A stretch of 64,000 nt of DNA, from positions 7,686 to 71,685 of the forward strand of contig JAIORZ010000011.1 in NCBI GenBank assembly GCA_021107855.1. The letters are read 5' to 3'. A program made the position numbers and the translations under genes. This document shows positions 43,680 to 52,573 of this stretch, one piece after another. The first letter of the stretch is position 1, and each line of letters opens with the position of its first letter. The notes below the pieces were generated by a model that searched no databases, was not told where the DNA came from, and worked only from the letters and a program-made list of their open reading frames with translations. Source of the DNA: an archaeon. GTDB lineage: Archaea > Nanobdellota > Nanobdellia > Pacearchaeales > GW2011-AR1.

Positions 43680-45284
43680 ATGATGGGGTGTATGCAGAGG
43701 AAATATATTGTGGTGACTGGGGGTGTTCTTTCGGGGCTTGGTAAGGGAATTGCTATGGCGAGTATGGGGAATATTTTGTCGTCGTCGTATAAGGTTGTTC
43801 CGATTAAATGCGATGGTTATTTGAATGTGGACCCCGGGACGATGAATCCGATTGAGCATGGGGAAGTTTTTGTTTTGGACGATGGGGGTGAGGTTGATAT
43901 GGACTTTGGGCATTATGAGAGGTTTTTGGGAGTGAGTTGTAAGTTCGATTGGAATTTGACGATGGGGCGTGTTTTTGATGAGATTAGGAAGAAGGAGAGG
44001 CGGGGGGATTATTTGGGGAAAACGGTTCAGATGATTCCACATGTTTCGAATTTTATTAAGGAGCATATTTTGAAGGTTGGGAGGGAGAGCGAGGCTGATG
44101 TTGTTTTGGTTGAGATTGGTGGGACGATTGGGGATATTGAGAATGAGTTGTATTTGGATGCGGTTCGGAGTTTGGCGAGAAAGGTGGGTCGGGATGATAT
44201 TTTGTTTGTTCATTTAACTTATGTGCCGATTCCTCATGGTGTTGACGAGCAGAAGTCGAAGCCGACGCAACAGAGTGTGAATTTGCTTCGGCATCGGGGG
44301 CTTGAGCCGGATATTGTTATTGCGAGGTGCAGTGAGATGTTGACTGATAAGATTCGTCGGAAGATTGCGAAGTTTGGGAATTTGGATGCGGAGAATATTA
44401 TTACGGGGATTGATGTTGATGATGTTTATAAGATTCCACTTAGTTTTGAGGAGCAGGGTTTGTCGCAGTTGGTTGCTCGGAGGTTGAATATGTCGATTAG
44501 TGTTGATTTGTCTGAGTGGAGGGCTTTGATTAAGAAGAAAGAGGAAGCTACTGAGGAGATTGTTGTGGGGATTGCTGGGAAGTATACTTCTTTGGAGGAT
44601 TCTTATGCGAGTATTGTCGAGGCTTTGAAACATTGTGAGGCGAATCTTGGGGTGAGGGTTGGGATTAAGTGGATTGACACGGAGAAGGGTGGGCTTGATG
44701 TTTTGGATGAGGTTGATGGGGTTATTGTTCCTGGTGGTTTTGGTTCGCGTGGGACTGAAGGGAAGATTGATATCATAAGTTATTGTCGTAAGAATGATAT
44801 TCCGTTTTTGGGGCTTTGTTACGGGTTGCAGATGGCTGTGATTGAGTTTGCTCGGAATGTTTGTGGCCTGAAGGGTGCTAATACGACGGAGGTTGATAAG
44901 GGGTGTGTTCACCCGGTTATTGATATTTTGGAGGAGCAGAAAGGCGTTAAGGATAAGGGTGGGACCATGAGACTTGGGGCGCACAGGGCTTTTATTAAGG
45001 AGGGGTCGAAGGTGTTTGATTTGTATGGGAGTGATGAGGTTTCTGAGAGGCATCGGCATAGGTTTGAGGTGAATCCGGCTTATCATGAGGCGCTGGAGGG
45101 GAAGGGTTTGGTTTTGTCTGGGATTTCGCCTGATGGGAAGTTGGTTGAGTTTATTGAACTTAATGACCATCCTTATTTTGTTGCGACGCAGGCTCATCCG
45201 GAGTTGAAGAGTTCGTTGTTGGCACCGGCTCCACTTTTTGAGGGATTTGTTAAAGCGATGGTTGGACAGAAGGATAGAGAGTAG
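43680..45284 (+). CDS. pyrG: CTP synthase
   Basis: KYIVVTGGVLSGLGKG, GATase GLCYGLQ and HRHRFEVN. Candidate starts at ATG 43680, 43683 and 43692. Confidence 0.9.
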   Translation: MMGCMQRKYIVVTGGVLSGLGKGIAMASMGNILSSSYKVVPIKCDGYLNVDPGTMNPIEHGEVFVLDDGGEVDMDFGHYERFLGVSCKFDWNLTMGRVFDEIRKKERRGDYLGKTVQMIPHVSNFIKEHILKVGRESEADVVLVEIGGTIGDIENELYLDAVRSLARKVGRDDILFVHLTYVPIPHGVDEQKSKPTQQSVNLLRHRGLEPDIVIARCSEMLTDKIRRKIAKFGNLDAENIITGIDVDDVYKIPLSFEEQGLSQLVARRLNMSISVDLSEWRALIKKKEEATEEIVVGIAGKYTSLEDSYASIVEALKHCEANLGVRVGIKWIDTEKGGLDVLDEVDGVIVPGGFGSRGTEGKIDIISYCRKNDIPFLGLCYGLQMAVIEFARNVCGLKGANTTEVDKGCVHPVIDILEEQKGVKDKGGTMRLGAHRAFIKEGSKVFDLYGSDEVSERHRHRFEVNPAYHEALEGKGLVLSGISPDGKLVEFIELNDHPYFVATQAHPELKSSLLAPAPLFEGFVKAMVGQKDRE

Positions 45285-45285
45285 A

Positions 45286-46668
45286 TTAAACTTTTACAAT
45301 TTCAACTTCCAGTTCTCTTTTCAGAGTTTCAATAAATGAAGATTCTTTTTCTTTTTCAACTAGGCAACCGGCTGCGAAGTGATGACCTCCGACTTCGGCA
45401 ATTGTTTGTGGATTTTCTCCTTTGAATGTTGTGACGGTTTTTTCTAAGACTTCTTTTAGGTTTCGTCCTTCGTGTCCGACGATTCTTGCCGAGACTTTGA
45501 TTTTGTCTTTGTTATATGCCATTCCGATTAGGATTGTTCCTTGTTCGTATGTTGGGGAGCTCGAGAGCATTGAGCAGATTGTTCCGACGATTGCATCTTT
45601 GATTTGGTCCTTGGCGTTTAGGATGACGAAACCTTTGCCTTTGATTTTGTCCATTTTTTCTGCGACTTTTAGTCCGGAGACGAGTTCTTGTTTGTATTTT
45701 GTGTAGATGTCTAGAGCTTGGGTTTTTGCTTTTTCATTTTCGAGGCAGTATGATATTGCGATGTCTGAGTGTCCGAGTCGGGAGCATGCGTTGACTAGGG
45801 TCGAGATTTCTCGGACGTCTTCTTTTGTGTTGAAGAATTTTAGAATGTAGAGGTTGCCGAGGATGTCTTCGGCTTTTCCGTGTTGGGCGCGTCGGACCAT
45901 GACTGCGGTTATTAATTTTGACATTTCTTCGTCTGATAATTCTAAGAGTGTTTTGTTGTAGGGGATTCCTGTTTCGCGTAGGATTTCCATTGCTCCTGGT
46001 CCTGAGCCGGTGACTCCTGGGATGTATGGTGATGTTGACCATTCGAGTGCTCTTCTTAGCGGTCTTGTTGCCGGGTAGATTGCGATTCCTTTTTTTATTT
46101 TGAGATCTTGGGCGTCTGTGACTATTTGTTGGTTTATTTTGGAGAGGTTTGTTTCGTGTCGGTCGCCGATTAGTCCGATTATTGCTAGGGACGAGAGGTC
46201 TTGGTTTTCTGGGGAGATTGATTTTGCGAAAAGGTAGCAGAGTCCGGCTCCCGTTGCGGTGTTGTCTTCTGGGTTGGAAGTTAGGTGATGGTTGATGATT
46301 TTTATTTTGTCGTTTACTTTCGTTGAGTCGATTTCGTGGTGGTCTAGGATGAAGACTGGGTAATCGAGGTTTTTGAAATGGTCTAAACTTGAGGAACCTA
46401 GGTCTGAGATGAGGATGACTTCGTTTGGTTGGCGTTTTAGTTCTTCCCGGATTATGCTTTCTTCTAGTCCTTTGACAATTCGGATTGAGAATTTTTTGTC
46501 GAGGCGTTTGAAGGTTTTTGCGAGGATTGCAGCTGAGGTTATACCGTCGGTGTCGTAGTGTGAGATGATTCTTATTGGTTTGTCTTTTGAAAATTCTAAA
46601 AATTCCTTTGCGAAAGTATCAATCTCTTTTAGCATAGATGTAGATAATTTAGATTTGCTTAAAAACAT
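45286..46668 (-). CDS. DHH-family RecJ-like nuclease (archaeal GAN/Cdc45-like)
   Basis: DHH motifs HYDTDG, ISDLG and LDHHE; DHHA1 motif GGHHFAAG. Confidence 0.7.
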   Translation of the reverse strand: MFLSKSKLSTSMLKEIDTFAKEFLEFSKDKPIRIISHYDTDGITSAAILAKTFKRLDKKFSIRIVKGLEESIIREELKRQPNEVILISDLGSSSLDHFKNLDYPVFILDHHEIDSTKVNDKIKIINHHLTSNPEDNTATGAGLCYLFAKSISPENQDLSSLAIIGLIGDRHETNLSKINQQIVTDAQDLKIKKGIAIYPATRPLRRALEWSTSPYIPGVTGSGPGAMEILRETGIPYNKTLLELSDEEMSKLITAVMVRRAQHGKAEDILGNLYILKFFNTKEDVREISTLVNACSRLGHSDIAISYCLENEKAKTQALDIYTKYKQELVSGLKVAEKMDKIKGKGFVILNAKDQIKDAIVGTICSMLSSSPTYEQGTILIGMAYNKDKIKVSARIVGHEGRNLKEVLEKTVTTFKGENPQTIAEVGGHHFAAGCLVEKEKESSFIETLKRELEVEIVKV

Positions 46669-46695
46669 TTGTGTAGTATTGGGAGTAGTGACAGG

Positions 46696-47058
46696 TTATT
46701 TTTTCTTTTTTCGGTCTCGGATTGGAATGCCGAAGTATTTTTTGATGATGTTTAGTCGAGATTGTGCGTGTTGTAGTTTGTGTTTTGCGCTTCGGTCTGT
46801 GATGTTGTTTTTTAGGTGTTCTTTCATTCGGTCTACCTTTTTTTCTGCGTTTTCTAGGTCTTCATTTCTTTCGATTCCTAGTTCTTTTAGGTAGGCTTTT
46901 AGTTTTTTGCCGAATACTTTTGTTGTTGGAATGCCGTATTGGTCTCTTAGAACTAGTCCGATTTGCGAGGGTGCGTATGTTTCTGAGAGTTCTAGAATTA
47001 CTTTTTTTAGTTCGGGTTCTTTCATTTTTACCCATGTCGGTTTTTTCATTTCTGTCAT
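46696..47058 (-). CDS. ribosomal protein uS15 (S15P/S13e)
   Basis: PSQIGLVLRDQYGIP...LKAYL...HLKNNITDRSAKHKLQHAQSRL is typical of archaeal S15. Confidence 0.8.
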   Translation of the reverse strand: MTEMKKPTWVKMKEPELKKVILELSETYAPSQIGLVLRDQYGIPTTKVFGKKLKAYLKELGIERNEDLENAEKKVDRMKEHLKNNITDRSAKHKLQHAQSRLNIIKKYFGIPIRDRKKKK

Positions 47059-47115
47059 TGTAGTTCTTGTAAAATTGGCTTTTTAAGATTAACTGTGGAG
47101 GAATTAGTAGAAAGG

Positions 47116-47832
47116 TTAAAAGAATCTTTTGAACCAGTCGATTATTTTTCTGATGAATCCTGTGCTTATACATTCGCCTGATACGCAGACGTTGCTTTCG
47201 CATTCGAAGTTGTTTTCGCATTCGATTTCTTCTTCGAATTGTTTTGTTAGGTTGAAGTTGTTCGCGCAGAATGTTCCGTTTATTCGATGACCTAGAGGGT
47301 AGCATATTTCATTTGATAGGCATCCGTTGCAGGGAGTTGGTTCTGGGGTGGTTGAGTGGTTTTCTTCCTCTTCTTCCTCTTCTTCTACATCCTCCTCTTC
47401 CTCTGAAGGCACCTCTTCTTCTTCTAAAATCTCATCCTCTTCCTCTATAACCTCTTCCTCCTCTTCCCCTAGCCATGTTTTTACTTGGTTGCTGTATGTT
47501 CCGCATTGCCCTCCTAGGTATTCACATACTCTCACGTAGTATTCTCCCGCTCCATTGAAATCTGTTAGGGTGTCTTCGCTTTTATTGGGGTCTGAGTGAT
47601 AGTGGTATTTGTCTCCTTCTCGGGTTGGATATGTTGGGTTTTCGTTTTTAGACCAGGTGACCTTGAATCCTGAGGCTGAGGTTCCGTTTGTTTCCCATGA
47701 GATTTCACTTTCGTTTGCTTCCAGGGTTATTGATTCTACGTTTGATTCTGGCGGTTCTCCGCTTCCTGGTGCTATAATTGTTGGTAGGGATAGTAGGCAG
47801 AAGGTTAGGATTAGGAGTAGTGCTCTTTTCAT
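47116..47832 (-). CDS. secreted protein with a poly-Glu acidic tract and a Cys-rich C-terminal domain (hypothetical)
   Basis: Signal peptide MKRALLLILTFCLLSL, an acidic run EEEEEVIEEEDEILEEEE...EEEEEEEE, and ECENNFECESNVCVSGEC. Confidence 0.55.
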   Translation of the reverse strand: MKRALLLILTFCLLSLPTIIAPGSGEPPESNVESITLEANESEISWETNGTSASGFKVTWSKNENPTYPTREGDKYHYHSDPNKSEDTLTDFNGAGEYYVRVCEYLGGQCGTYSNQVKTWLGEEEEEVIEEEDEILEEEEVPSEEEEDVEEEEEEEENHSTTPEPTPCNGCLSNEICYPLGHRINGTFCANNFNLTKQFEEEIECENNFECESNVCVSGECISTGFIRKIIDWFKRFF

Positions 47833-48051
47833 TTTTGTTTAATGTTGTTGCTGTTTAAAAGGTTTTTGTAGATTCTTCGGGATTTGGTTTCAAGTCTTAT
47901 AATAACTCCGCGAGGATTCGCCTTCGTGCCGCAAGGACACTCGGACACGAAAATCTAGCCCCGCTCTCATAATTCACTCTAAAATTTTTCTAATCGCTCC
48001 GCAGAGAAAAATTCGAGCAAATCATTCGGAATTCGACTTCGAATCGCAGAA

Positions 48052-48124
48052 TAGCCCCGCGAGGATTCGAACCTCGGTTGCTGGGATCAAAACCCAGAGT
48101 CCTTGACCACTAGACTACGGGACT
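48052..48124 (-). tRNA. tRNA-Gln (anticodon TTG)
   Basis: Manual cloverleaf: acceptor AGTCCCG/CGGGGCT, D stem GTCT/GGAC, anticodon stem CTGGG/CCCAG with loop TTTTGAT, T arm CGAGG-TTCGAAT-CCTCG. 73 nt, no encoded CCA. Confidence 0.85.
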
Positions 48125-48147
48125 ATTGATTTTATGAGATTGAGTTG

Positions 48148-48155
48148 ATTTTTAA
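48148..48155 (-). promoter_or_regulatory. TATA-like box of tRNA-Gln
   Basis: The minus strand reads TTAAAAAT at -31..-24 relative to tRNA position 1. The same motif and spacing occur at the other two tRNAs. Confidence 0.5.
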
Positions 48156-48246
48156 GGTCTTCCATAGGAAGACCATGAAGTCAATCAAAGATTGGCTAAA
48201 GGTCTTCAATGGGAGAATCATAAATTTAAAAAGATTAGTTGAAGTA

Positions 48247-48507
48247 TTAGTATTTCTTAGAATTTTCGTATCTGTCGTAAAAGTAGGTGGCGAGTTTTCT
48301 TTGTGCTTCTAGTGTTATGGTGAATGGTCCGGTGAATTCTTTGTTTTTTCGCATGAGTCTTATTGTTTCTGTGATGGAGGCAGCTCCTTTTAGGTCATAG
48401 TGTCGCCCTATCTTTTCTCCGTTCCTTGTTAGTTCGAATATTCCTTCAATTTTGTCATCAGTACTTAGCTCCAGGGATTTTGCGTTTGTGATTTTTTTAC
48501 TTGGCAT
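48247..48507 (-). CDS. hypothetical protein
   Basis: 86-aa ORF. No motif recognised. Confidence 0.4.
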   Translation of the reverse strand: MPSKKITNAKSLELSTDDKIEGIFELTRNGEKIGRHYDLKGAASITETIRLMRKNKEFTGPFTITLEAQRKLATYFYDRYENSKKY

Positions 48508-48623
48508 TTTTAGAGGGAGGGAGTTTGGTTTAAAAGAATTTATGTGGTTTGGTTTGGATATTTGTGATTGGGTAAAAGGTGAGTAAATTTATAAGTAATA
48601 ATGCGTTGAGATAATGGTATAAG

Positions 48624-49427
48624 ATGGTGGATAAAATAGGGTTTGTTTTGGTGATTTTGGTTTTAATGGTTGGCGTTGGGTTTGCGTATGTTCAGCAGGT
48701 TCCGAGTCCTGGGCATGGGGGAGATATTGTTTTGATTTCAATAAATAATTCTGAAATGACCTTGCAGGGGGCGATAGATAGCGATTTGTTTTTGAATTTG
48801 CCTAGTCCAAGTTCGCCTTATATTCAGTCGGTTTCGAATCCGGGTCATTCCGCAAGTGAAGTTTGGATTTCTGTAAATGGGGTTGAGAATACGTTGCAGG
48901 ATGCGATATCGATAATGGAACTTTGTGGGAATTCTTCACATGTTTATAATAATATGAACTATGGTCATTCCGCAAGTGAAGTTTGGATTTCTGTAGATGG
49001 TTCTGAAATGACTTTGCAGGATGCGATTGATTCTGGGGAATTTTGTTGTGTTTCTCATGCTTCGTCTGCCTGTTATGATGATGATGTTTATTGGTATGAT
49101 TCTTGTGGCAACAGAGAAGAGAAGGGGGAAGAATGTGGGGCTCCGGGGTGTTCTGATGGGCAGTGTGGAATAAGAGAATGTAATTGGGCTCAGTGGATTG
49201 GTTGTCAATCAGTATCTGCAGCATATGTTAATTGGTTTGTGGGGGATTTTGATGATTGTGCAGATTGGTGTCGTGCGTATTCTTTGGGAACGGTGTGTTG
49301 TAGTTTTAGCACAGGGGCTCCAACTGGTTTTCAACAGTGTAGCGTTCATTATAGCTTGGCAACAAGAGCGTGGTACGGCACGAATAATGGATGGTGGCAG
49401 AATTATTGTATAATACCCGCGGGATAA
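48624..49427 (+). CDS. surface protein with three ~40-aa GH(S/G)xxE...TLQxAI repeats and a Cys-rich C-terminal domain
   Basis: N-terminal anchor. Repeats are PGHGGDIVLISINNSEMTLQGAID, PGHSASEVWISVNGVENTLQDAIS and YGHSASEVWISVDGSEMTLQDAID. A 33-bp perfect DNA repeat occurs at 48843 and 48963. Confidence 0.65.
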   Translation: MVDKIGFVLVILVLMVGVGFAYVQQVPSPGHGGDIVLISINNSEMTLQGAIDSDLFLNLPSPSSPYIQSVSNPGHSASEVWISVNGVENTLQDAISIMELCGNSSHVYNNMNYGHSASEVWISVDGSEMTLQDAIDSGEFCCVSHASSACYDDDVYWYDSCGNREEKGEECGAPGCSDGQCGIRECNWAQWIGCQSVSAAYVNWFVGDFDDCADWCRAYSLGTVCCSFSTGAPTGFQQCSVHYSLATRAWYGTNNGWWQNYCIIPAG

Positions 49428-49441
49428 ATATATTGTGTAAT

Positions 49442-50041
49442 TTAGTGTTTGTATCGGCCGCGTTTTTCTACTATCTTTAATCTGTCTACTATTTTTTTTG
49501 AGTCTTGCCATGTATACCCTTTTTTGAAGGCTTGGAAGAGTTTGTCGGCGTTTTGGAAGTGTTTTGCTTGGAGGGCTTGTTTGATTAAGTGAAGGTCGAC
49601 GGCTTTGTCTTCGATTTTTGTTGAGATGTAGGAGAGGCCAAAGTCGATTAGGAAGATTTTGGAGTTGGAGAGTATTGTGTTGGAGGTTGTGAGGTCGGAG
49701 TGGATGATGTTGTTGGCGTGGAGTTTTGCGACTTGGCGGCCGAGTTTTTGCATTGAGGAGAGTTGTTTTTTTTCTGGGTAGGAGTTTAGGGTTTGGGAGA
49801 GGCGGTCGCCTTTGATGTGTTGCATTTGGATGTCGTGTTTGGATGTTTGGATTATTTTTGGGACGTTTATTTTGTATTGGAGGGCTTTGGTTAGGATTTT
49901 GGATTCGGAGCGGGTTCGGCGGGTTCGGATTTGGGTGTCGAGTTGGGGGTGGCGGTAGGATTTTGGGGTTCTGTTTTTTAGGATGATGTTTTTTGTTAGG
50001 TAGATTTTTGCTTCGGCGCCTTGGTGGATTGGGGTTGTCAT
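49442..50041 (-). CDS. Bud32/PRPK-type KEOPS kinase
   Basis: GAEAKIY, the catalytic loop IIHSDLTTSN, and DFGLS. Size is typical of stand-alone Bud32. Confidence 0.8.
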   Translation of the reverse strand: MTTPIHQGAEAKIYLTKNIILKNRTPKSYRHPQLDTQIRTRRTRSESKILTKALQYKINVPKIIQTSKHDIQMQHIKGDRLSQTLNSYPEKKQLSSMQKLGRQVAKLHANNIIHSDLTTSNTILSNSKIFLIDFGLSYISTKIEDKAVDLHLIKQALQAKHFQNADKLFQAFKKGYTWQDSKKIVDRLKIVEKRGRYKH

Positions 50042-50637
50042 CTGAGGTCTTTTGCTATTTCTTTTATTAAATTTCGTCCTTTGGGTAAATTATTGTCTAT
50101 CAAGTTTTTTAGCTCACTTTTTAGCTTTTTGTTTTTTATATTATTCGCGTAATGAAGGGCGAGTCCAATTATTTTCATATGGTTTGATAGGAATTCAATG
50201 GTTTTTCTTTTTACTTCTTTGCTTTTGACTGCATATTGTAATCTTCCTTTGGAAGAAAATTTTTCCGAATTTTTGTTGTCTTCTAGTTCATCCAACGCCT
50301 TCATTATTTCATCACTTTTGAATTTTGGCGTAATTTTTTCTCCAAATTTTTCCGATATTTGTTTTACCATTGTGTCATCTATAACAGCTTGTATTGATGA
50401 ATAGGAATTCATTATTTCTTCTATCCCCATAGAAATTCTGTCTAAGAATTCGATTTTTTTCTTAAATATTAATTGTTTTTTCATATAATCAATTTTGTTT
50501 TTATGTTCTTTGTTTAGTCTTCCTAGGTTTCTTTTGTGATTCATCCAATCGGCCAAGAGTGCTCCAGTAGTTTGTACTAAAATTGCTCCAACAAAAAATA
50601 TTCCTGCAACAAGAAATCCTATTAAAAGTTCTGCCAT
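50038..50637 (-). CDS. hypothetical membrane-anchored protein
   Basis: N-terminal TM helix MAELLIGFLVAGIFFVGAILV followed by a helical charged domain. The track start at 50643 is TTG, so ATG 50637 is used. Confidence 0.45.
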   Translation of the reverse strand: MAELLIGFLVAGIFFVGAILVQTTGALLADWMNHKRNLGRLNKEHKNKIDYMKKQLIFKKKIEFLDRISMGIEEIMNSYSSIQAVIDDTMVKQISEKFGEKITPKFKSDEIMKALDELEDNKNSEKFSSKGRLQYAVKSKEVKRKTIEFLSNHMKIIGLALHYANNIKNKKLKSELKNLIDNNLPKGRNLIKEIAKDLR

Positions 50638-50639
50638 TT

Positions 50640-52034
50640 TCAAAACTTCATCTTCCCTTTAAACTTCTTAGCCATTTTCTGCATCATCTTTTGGTCTATC
50701 TCCCCGTCAGCCATTCCGGATTGCATGCCCATCATTTCTTTGAGTAGTTTGTATTGCTTAAGGAGCTCGCGGATTTCTGTTGTTGTTGTTCCGGAGCCTT
50801 TTGCGATTCGTTGAATTCGGGTTGTTTGTTTTTCTAAAATTTCTGGGTTTTCGATTTCGTCTTCTGTCATTGAAGAGATTGCGGATTTCCAGTTTTTCAT
50901 TTTGGCTTCTTGTTTGTCTAGGGCGTCTTTTGGGACTTTTGCGGCGGACATTCCGGGAATCATTCCTACAAGTTTGTCCATTGAGCCCATTTTGTTCATT
51001 TGTTCGAGTTGGGAGTAGAGGTCTAGGAGGGTGAATTTCCCTTCTTTGAGTCGGTCTTCGATTCGTTGGGTTTGGGTTTCATCTGTTGCGGATTTGACGT
51101 GTTCTAGGAGAGCTTGGAGGTCGCCCATTCCGAGGAGTCTTTGGATGAAGGATTCTGGGTTGAAGGTTTCGATTTCGTGGATTTGTTCGCCGACACCGAT
51201 GAAAAATACTGGGGCTTTTGTTTCTGCGCATGCGGTTAGGGCTCCGCCGGCTTTTGAGGTTCCGTCCATTCTTGTGATTATTACGCCGTCGATTGAGAGG
51301 GCTTTTTGGAATTCGTCGGCTTGAGTTTTTGCGGCTTGACCTACGTCTGCTGGCATTACGAGGAGTCGGTGGGTTGGTTTTGTTGCTTTGTCTAGGGTTT
51401 TGATTTCTTTGATTAGCTCTTTATTTAGTCCGTCTCGTCCGGCGGTGTCGATTAGGATTAGGTCGTATTTTGTTAGGTCCTTTTTGTGTTGTTTGATGAC
51501 TTCGAGGGAGCGTTTTGTGTGGGTTAGTTTTTTGTTTTTCTTTGCGTCTTCTTTGGATTCGATGAATGCTGGGAGTTTTGCTTTGTCGGCCATTTGTTGG
51601 AGTTGTTCCATTGCGGCTGGACGTTGGGTGTCGAGTCCTAGGAGTGCGACTTTGCGACCTCGTTTTGCGTAGTATTTTCCTAGTTTTGCGATTGTTGTGG
51701 TTTTACCGGCTCCGTATAATCCGAGGAACATGATGCTTGCTTTTTTTGGGAGTTTGAGTTCTTTTTGGTCGCCGCCGAGGATTTGAAGGATTTCGTCATG
51801 GATTAGTTTTACAAGTTGTTCTTTTTTGTCGATGTTTTGGATTGATTCGTCGTAGGCTATTTTTTTGATTTTCTGGGTTAGGGCGAAGACTAGTTCGATG
51901 TTGACGTCTGCTTCGATTAGGGATTTTTGGATGTCTTTTATGATTGCATCTATGAGTTTCTTGTCTACGAATATCGCGTTTGATATTTTTTTGATTCCGG
52001 ATTTTAGGGTTGAACCTAGCTTTTCTAGTACCAT
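50640..52034 (-). CDS. signal recognition particle protein SRP54
   Basis: N domain, G domain GLYGAGKTTT, DTAGR, and a Met-rich M domain (MGSMDKLVGMIPGM). Confidence 0.9.
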   Translation of the reverse strand: MVLEKLGSTLKSGIKKISNAIFVDKKLIDAIIKDIQKSLIEADVNIELVFALTQKIKKIAYDESIQNIDKKEQLVKLIHDEILQILGGDQKELKLPKKASIMFLGLYGAGKTTTIAKLGKYYAKRGRKVALLGLDTQRPAAMEQLQQMADKAKLPAFIESKEDAKKNKKLTHTKRSLEVIKQHKKDLTKYDLILIDTAGRDGLNKELIKEIKTLDKATKPTHRLLVMPADVGQAAKTQADEFQKALSIDGVIITRMDGTSKAGGALTACAETKAPVFFIGVGEQIHEIETFNPESFIQRLLGMGDLQALLEHVKSATDETQTQRIEDRLKEGKFTLLDLYSQLEQMNKMGSMDKLVGMIPGMSAAKVPKDALDKQEAKMKNWKSAISSMTEDEIENPEILEKQTTRIQRIAKGSGTTTTEIRELLKQYKLLKEMMGMQSGMADGEIDQKMMQKMAKKFKGKMKF

Positions 52035-52120
52035 GGAGATAGGGGGTTTTGGAGGTTTTTAGAGTTTATTATTGAGGTAATAGGAGTTTATTTAAAGCAT
52101 AAACCGTTAGTAATATTAAA

Positions 52121-52516
52121 ATGGTGAGTGTGAAAGTTGATTTAAAGAAGGGGGATTTTATTTGGGTCGGGTTGTTTGTAATTTTATTTGGAGTTAGTGT
52201 CGCTATTGCCTATGGGGGAGATACTCCTCCTGTAATGGGGCATAATTTGGGAGAACTGGATTTGCCTGCTTGTGCGAATGGTCAAATAATGGTGAAGAAT
52301 GATAGTGGGTGGGATTGTGAGAATGCAAGCGTGGGGGCTTCTGATATTTGTGTCTGGAGAAATTCTCCTACTGCCTGTGTGTCGGGTGCTACCAGAGAGG
52401 AAACTCAATGTTTGCCTGATGAATATGTAAGATCTGTTAGGACCCACCAGCAGTGCCATATTTCAGATAGTACTTATAAAACTAAGACAGATTTATATTG
52501 TTGTAAGTTTGATTAA
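52121..52516 (+). CDS. small Cys-rich surface protein, family member 2 (paralog of 12520-12906)
   Basis: KKGDFIWVGLFVILFG anchor, PPVMGHNLGEL, a Cys-rich body, and a C-terminus ending LYCCKFD. Confidence 0.6.
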   Translation: MVSVKVDLKKGDFIWVGLFVILFGVSVAIAYGGDTPPVMGHNLGELDLPACANGQIMVKNDSGWDCENASVGASDICVWRNSPTACVSGATREETQCLPDEYVRSVRTHQQCHISDSTYKTKTDLYCCKFD

Positions 52517-52573
52517 AAATTGTTAAAATTTTGGGTTTAGGAATATTTAAATGGATTAGTTTGTTTTTTATTG

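Noticed and set aside
47327-47539. Ser-rich + strand ORF (SSSSSSSTSSSSSEGTSSSS).
   Set aside because: It is the antisense of the poly-Glu tract of the secreted acidic protein 47116-47832.
47880-48051. A second tRNA, an intron-containing tRNA, or a C/D box sRNA in the spacer downstream of tRNA-Gln.
   Set aside because: An acceptor-like pairing (CTCTGCG/CGCGGAG) exists, but no D arm, anticodon arm or intact T arm could be folded. No C (RUGAUGA) or D (CUGA) boxes were found.
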